Source: Tubulanus polymorphus (taxonomy: Eukaryota > Animalia > Nemertea). From it: a stretch of 64,000 nucleotides of DNA. The DNA lies in the NCBI RefSeq assembly GCF_964204645.1, contig NC_134030.1, positions 4,382,778 to 4,446,777 of the forward strand, read 5' to 3'. The translations under genes and the position numbers were made by a program. Each line of letters opens with the position of its first letter. The first letter of the stretch is position 1. Under the pieces are notes generated by a model. The model did not search any database and was not told the DNA's origin. It was given only the letters and a program-made list of their open reading frames with translations. Positions 58,280-64,000 of the stretch are shown here, piece by piece.

Positions 58280-61200
58280 CTAATTGATAGCTTTCATCGG
58301 TGAAACGCCGAGCCTCTTTGCCAAACCCTCCTGTAATTCAAACACAGAATGATAAATGAGCGATGCATTTATAAAGTATTCATCAGAGCTGCTGAAAAAT
58401 GAACACATCTTTCGTACCATGTGTTGAACGAGATTTGGATGATACATGATTCCGCCTTGTTTATCGCATTTGTCGATGTGCTGACGTTCCGGATCACCTG
58501 GTACGAGTACAGGCTTATCTTCACCTTCCGCCTATGAATAAAATAAGAAAACAAACATCAAAAATTTCGACATATACACAACAAATCTGATATATAATAT
58601 TTCTAAGTAAGTCCGAAATTCAATAGTAAAATCAAGGGGTCAGATTGGGGACCGCCAGAATTTTCACATTCTTTTAAATCCTTACAATTTACTTCACAAC
58701 GAAATACCGGGATTATTCGCATCTTTACTAAGTTACAATACCGAATTAAGCTGTTACTGATCACAACCTAGACAGATTAAAATAAATTTACTTTTATGCT
58801 TTAACATGGCTTGTCCAGAAATTCTGAGCTCGATATCTGGCATAAAAAGGGGATCTAATTATTTTGACGGGACACTTTTCTCGAATTTTTCACACATTTT
58901 GCATGATATTTCCCAAATCATATCCACAGTCTTTTAAGCAGCCATCCATTTTCTGTATCAATCTTGACCACTGAAAGTAATAATGGGTACAACTAGGTAT
59001 TTCACTTACCATATCTAGATTTCTACAATGATCGATCAAGGATTGCATTCGATCCTCAAAACCAGGGGCGAACATAGCTGGATTAATGGCCACAAAACAC
59101 TGACCCTTAAATTACAACAAAACATACACAAATATTGTAAACTATATATTAATGCAGCACACAGGAACAGTTTCAACATTCACTGAAATTAGATGGAAAA
59201 CATAGATGGTGAGTTCATTCGATACCATAGATTTGAAAACTAAAATCCATTAACTCATTTTCGCTTTTGAAATTCATAGTTGTGCAGATTAAATAACGAA
59301 TTCAACTAGATTTTTTGCTTTTCTAAAATAGGGTAAATATCAGATGAACTCAAACTTGTATATTTGCAGGAAGCAGTACCGACATTATAATTCATATCTT
59401 AATGGATTTATGCGTAATATCGAAATCAGTGAGACTGACTTTTTAAATTACATTAACAGCCAATTTAGAAAGCTTTTCAAACCAATCCAGGAAAGCGACT
59501 CTCAATGCAGCATTAATTGTAGCAAAAAACACGCGCAACAATAAATTGTACATGTGATGCGATGAATTAGCGGTTTTAGATCGCTGACTGGTTATCAAGA
59601 TGATAACAACGGCTCGAATGATAATCTATTTTCTGATTCTTATGAAGATCTGGTTAGTCGCCATCGGTCAGACAGGAGAAGTTAATTCGCGACGATATTT
59701 TTGGCAGCCCCGAGATGTCAGAATCAAACTCAATCCAGACTATTTATATCGAATAAGTGGCGTTCATTTCATTCAATGTGTCGGGCATTGTGGAAATAAT
59801 GAAATGTGTAAACTTGTCACGTACAACGAAGAGAAGAAGCGATGCTCGCTTTACGAGGATTTCCTCTACACGAAACGTGGAAAAATGAAATCGGAAATCT
59901 ATATCCTCCAGTCGGTGAGTCATTTACAAAAAAAGTCTGTGACTGATGCAAAAACTGCAGAAGCTAAACCTTTTCATGATATTTCTCACAATCAATAGAT
60001 TACTATGGAAAGCCTCAGCAAATCACCTTGTCCCAGTAAGTAAAATATATCTTTTATACAACCACTGGAAAAGTAGATTGATTATAGAACACAACATCAT
60101 TTGATGCGTTGAAGTCATTTTCCAGTATAGTGGACATTTCGTAAAAAATTGAAGCAAAATTTACCATTGAACTAAATCAGTTAAATTGCATGAAAAATGA
60201 TAATAACGTTATCGTGTATTCTCATACAGATAGCAAACGTAGATATTCATTTGATATACGTTATGACAGTGATGGCTGGGTTATCATTGAGAAACGTGAT
60301 GTACAGAATAACCTGTCGTTTGAACGCGAATGGAAGGAATACAAGCAAGGATTTGGTGATACTAAATCCTGGTATTTGGGCAACAGTAAGATCTATGAGC
60401 TCACTAACGAGTGCGTCATGCAGCTACAATTGATCATTGAGTTTGAAAATGGTTTTGGCAAAGGAGAAATGAGTAAGTATTATTTTCGGATTTCATATCC
60501 TTCATCAATTTTTGGTTTGTACAGTGAACTTCCTTAAGGCAGGAGAAATTTTCCAGTTCATTTTCCTATAAAAATCTTTCCCTTAACCAGATTTTATAAA
60601 TTAGATACTTGTCTAAGTTATTTCAGATACTCGTCTAAGTAAATATATTTTATCCCCAAAAGCTTTAAGTTTTAACTAGTTTAAGTTTAAGAATGACATC
60701 ATCTAAGACAAAGGCTTGAGAGCGTCACATAGTTGCCTGATTCATTAGTTTTTCCCAGGAAGGTAGTCCTATAGATAGCCTTATAGAAAGTAGGTTCAAT
60801 TTGGATTTTGAAGTCGAAACATTTCAGTGATTGTCCCTAATTATGTGGTCAGCCCCGAATTTTCCTACCAACAGAGGTTTGGTGTAGCAATGAAACCAAT
60901 GCCTATGCCACCTTAACAAATGACCCAAATTAATATTCATTATTTGCAGCTATCTATGAAACTTTCAAGATTGAACCTGAAGGAACCAACTACAGAATAA
61001 ATATTGGAAAACGTCGGATCGGTTCTATCGCTGGTTGGGATGATCCTGAACAAACTGGAGTCGAGTTCTCAACGCCTAATCGCGGTCCTCAAGCCAACCG
61101 TGCAAGATTACGAAAATCAGCATTCTGGTATTCCGCTAACAATTATTACAATGATTTACACTCCCCTTTTCCGGATGCGCACTGGGCAAAATTTGCATTG

Positions 61201-63879
61201 AGCCCGGAACAGGATCAAGCTTATCAAAATAGAGGAAAAATAGTGCACATCGAGCTTAAAATCAAACCAGTCGTTTCCAATTAGAAACACGATGGGTAAC
61301 CCTGTTAACACTTTGTAGTTGTATCATGTATGGGCTATATTTTAAAAGGCTGCTTGTGAACTTCAAAGACAAAGTTTTTTTACAGTCAGTGTATTGAAAA
61401 GCCTGCACCTATAGTACTGTGTACAGTTTTCTCACAGGTAAATTTTCGACTTGACAAATTAGTTTGATTTGAATGCTGCGGTGCTATACGACACTGGACA
61501 AAAGAAAATTATTCTTTTTGCATGAAAATGAAATATTCTATCTTAAATGCGTTAACTGATTACATTAGAAGTTCTGTCTTAAGGTGACAAATGCTTGGCT
61601 GGAGGTCAAAGCTACTGGAAAGGGTTAAAACAATATGCATATTTCTATTGTAATACGTCTATTGTTGAAAAGTGCATAAATAAGATATGCGAATTATGAA
61701 CTATATACGCGAATAGCCATCTATCTAGAGTGTCCTTCCTAACTGTATTGGTTATCATCTATTCAACTAGATGAGCTTTATTATCCTTTAGTCCAATTCT
61801 GCATTTGCCATTCACTGGCACATCGTGATGTCAAATAAAAATATTTCGAATTCAACTGCAATTTTCTCATTTTTATAAAATCGTTTTTTTGTGTGCTTAC
61901 CAAATTAGCCAACGCATGCGTGCTACGCCATTTTCTTATATTAGGTCCGAACTGAGATCCAGCCAAAAGTCCGCAGAACACTTCAACCATCATACCCAAA
62001 CCATAACCTTTATATCCACCTGCAGGAGATCAATTAATTCTAGCACCTAAATTGATTCTTAATATTACAACATGTAAAGATTATTGAAATTGCTTACCGC
62101 ATTCTTCACTGCCACCGAGAGGCATTAACCCACCATCTGCTAACATCTCCTTAGGGCTGTTTGTTTGCTAAAAGGAAATACAATTCTATGAATGCTGTTC
62201 TTTACAGATTATATCCATTCTTCTTTCATATGTCTTACATGTCCCTTTGAATCAACTGCCCAACCATTTGGCACATCTGTATTTTTGCGATCACAGAACT
62301 CAACCTAAAAGTCATGACAATCATCTTTAAGAGAAGTATACGTTTACTACCAGCACTAGGAGCTAACTCCTAGAACTTTGCAAGATGGATTGTATCAGTT
62401 ATTTCAGCAATGTGTAATACATACCTTCCCTAACGCTGCAGTCGATGTTGCCATATCCAGCACAAAACTATCGCCCTCTTTACCGGGGGCTGCTACTGTG
62501 AGTGGGTTTGTTCCAAGAGTTGCCTAGTCAAATAGCAATATGACATCCATTTTCAATCAACATCAGTTATTTTTTGCAAAAAAAGGTATATAATTCAGAG
62601 CCGTCGGAAGGAATTTTTCAGTGGCGAGGCTTATTTCTGAAGGGTGGTCTGGGGGCCCAACCCTAGAAAAATTTTGAAAATTCAATCGCCGGGGATGCGT
62701 TTTGGGGCTATTTCACGGTCTCATTCACAGAAGCATGAGAAGCCGTGAGCCAACCACCTAGTACAGAGAATGACGAGCTGCTACGCGGTACAGCGTGCTT
62801 TTGAAAAAATTTTTGTTAAGCAAAAAAGTGGGGGGGCTTAGGCCGCTGCTGCCGCCCCTGTTCCGACGGCCCTGTAATTGGATCTTAAACCTGCAGTAAT
62901 TATATCCTCACCTGCTTAGATCTTGTTGGCACTACAAGTGGAGACGTGTTTGTAAAAGCCATACCCTAGAGAGAATCAATTAAAATTTGAGGCAGGGTCC
63001 CAACAGATCATTCATCCCTGGATATAAGGAGTTTAAAGGAGTCAATTTCGTACACATATCCCAATAACAGTAGACTCCTCCTAATCGGTACTGTTTATCT
63101 CGGTAAACCATTATCAATTTGTTGATTTTGTAAGCAAAATTTTATCCTCTACTACCAGAACTTGGTTTCTAATATTCGGTAACTGCCTAATTGGGTAAAA
63201 ATCAATCGAGGTCCCTACAGTATCAATTTAGGGGTAGTCTACTATACAACGAAAAACATTTCTAACTGCCTTTTCCTCAAAATTGAAGGAATCTAAGGCA
63301 TTCAAGTAAAGAAGTTTTAACCACGTTTAAAAGCATTTTCTGCTTTGAAGGAGTTTATAAAGAACCTGTGACATCTATCCATGATGATTGTCAAAATATT
63401 GAATTTGAAGGACACTTACTATCATTCCATGTTCCATAGCTCGCAGGCTATACCAACCAGCAATACCAAAATGATTTGACCCTGTCAATAAACATTAACA
63501 GTTCTAGCAAATGTTTCGTACGTGGATTAAGCTCATTAAGAAGAATGACTGTTGTATATTGAATTAAAATAGGGCCTACAATGTTCAAGTATCATGAAGT
63601 ACCTTTAGCGACGACCCAGCCGATTCCCATGTCTTTTGCTTTCTTCACAGCTAAGTCAGTGCAGAACCTACCAACAACCGGGCCTACAAATGAAATCACG
63701 CCAATAAAGGTTAAAGCCAATTAACATGAATTCATTATATCAGGTGACCTGTTAGGCCAACTACTACTGACCAAGGATATTTTTTCCATCGACCCACGCG
63801 CAAGCAGGAGTTTCACTGAGGATTTCTGGTTCAGCATCGCTTACAGTTGTTCCAGATTCAATGTCAAATACGTACATAT
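58280..63879 (-). CDS. Ldh_2-family (type 2 malate/L-lactate dehydrogenase-like) oxidoreductase; 5' end lies beyond the window
   Basis: Exons 63879-63772, 63683-63603, 63481-63420, 62965-62912, 62523-62425, 62304-62239, 62167-62098, 62019-61901, 59105-59010, 58531-58418, 58330-58280. Motifs: VDGKNILGPVV, SNHFGIAGWY, GMAFTNTSP, LGTNP, FVLDMATS, LMPLGG, GYKGYGL, VLVPGDPE. Confidence 0.92.
59600..61284 (+). CDS. Secreted PAN/apple plus divergent fibrinogen-related domain protein, nested antisense in an Ldh_2 intron
   Basis: Exons 59600-59914, 59999-60035, 60230-60472, 60950-61284, with consistent phases. Signal-peptide-like N-terminus, PAN-type CVGHC...C...C.LY, then FReD motifs GWVIIEKR, FEREWKEYKQGFGD, WYLGNSKIYELT, YETFKIEPE..NYRI, EFST and LKIKP. 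Confidence 0.85.
62596..62874. mobile_element. MITE with 5-bp duplicated flanks
   Basis: taatt|cagagccgtcggaa ... ttccgacggccctg|taatt. Confidence 0.7.
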
Positions 63880-64000
63880 CTATAACAAAGAATATTACAC
63901 ATAAAATGATTGATGTATTAGAGACAACTCGTTTCGATTTGACTCTTTTGCCTTAACTTTTTTGACAATTAATTTTTGTTTTGCCTCCAGTGTTTTACTC

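Noticed and set aside
63772-63780. ATATCCTT resembling a U12 AT-AC donor in the Ldh_2 gene
   Set aside because: It lies within the conserved coding sequence GKNILG, and the ordinary GT-AG intron restores the frame.
58280-63879. Recent bacterial horizontal transfer of the Ldh_2 gene
   Set aside because: The gene is intron-rich, and the family is known from other invertebrates.

Overview
AT-rich, intron-rich eukaryotic DNA from an invertebrate animal. A spiralian is plausible, but this is a guess from composition and gene content. The ORF track fragments the genes, so I rebuilt the spliced models by hand from splice signals and reading frame. Genes in order: TBC1D5 (-), cyclin T (-) head-to-head with KANSL2 (+), uridine phosphorylase (-), a CD20/MS4A-like membrane protein (-), an intronless FoxQ2-type forkhead gene (+), a Lifeguard/TMBIM gene (+), and an Ldh_2-family oxidoreductase (-, runs off the right edge) that carries a nested antisense PAN+fibrinogen-domain gene in one intron. 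Many small non-autonomous transposons are present. Most notable: (1) two Penelope-like insertions with inverted arms, 13-15 bp TSDs and a hammerhead-ribozyme core; (2) a foldback MITE family whose TIRs resemble an internally deleted tRNA-Ser; (3) a cluster of frameshifting splice sites plus a CTCF-like motif after cyclin T exon 6; (4) duplicated alternative last exons in uridine phosphorylase; (5) the cyclin T/KANSL2 pair, each with a U12 intron, sharing a compact bidirectional promoter. No database searches were run.
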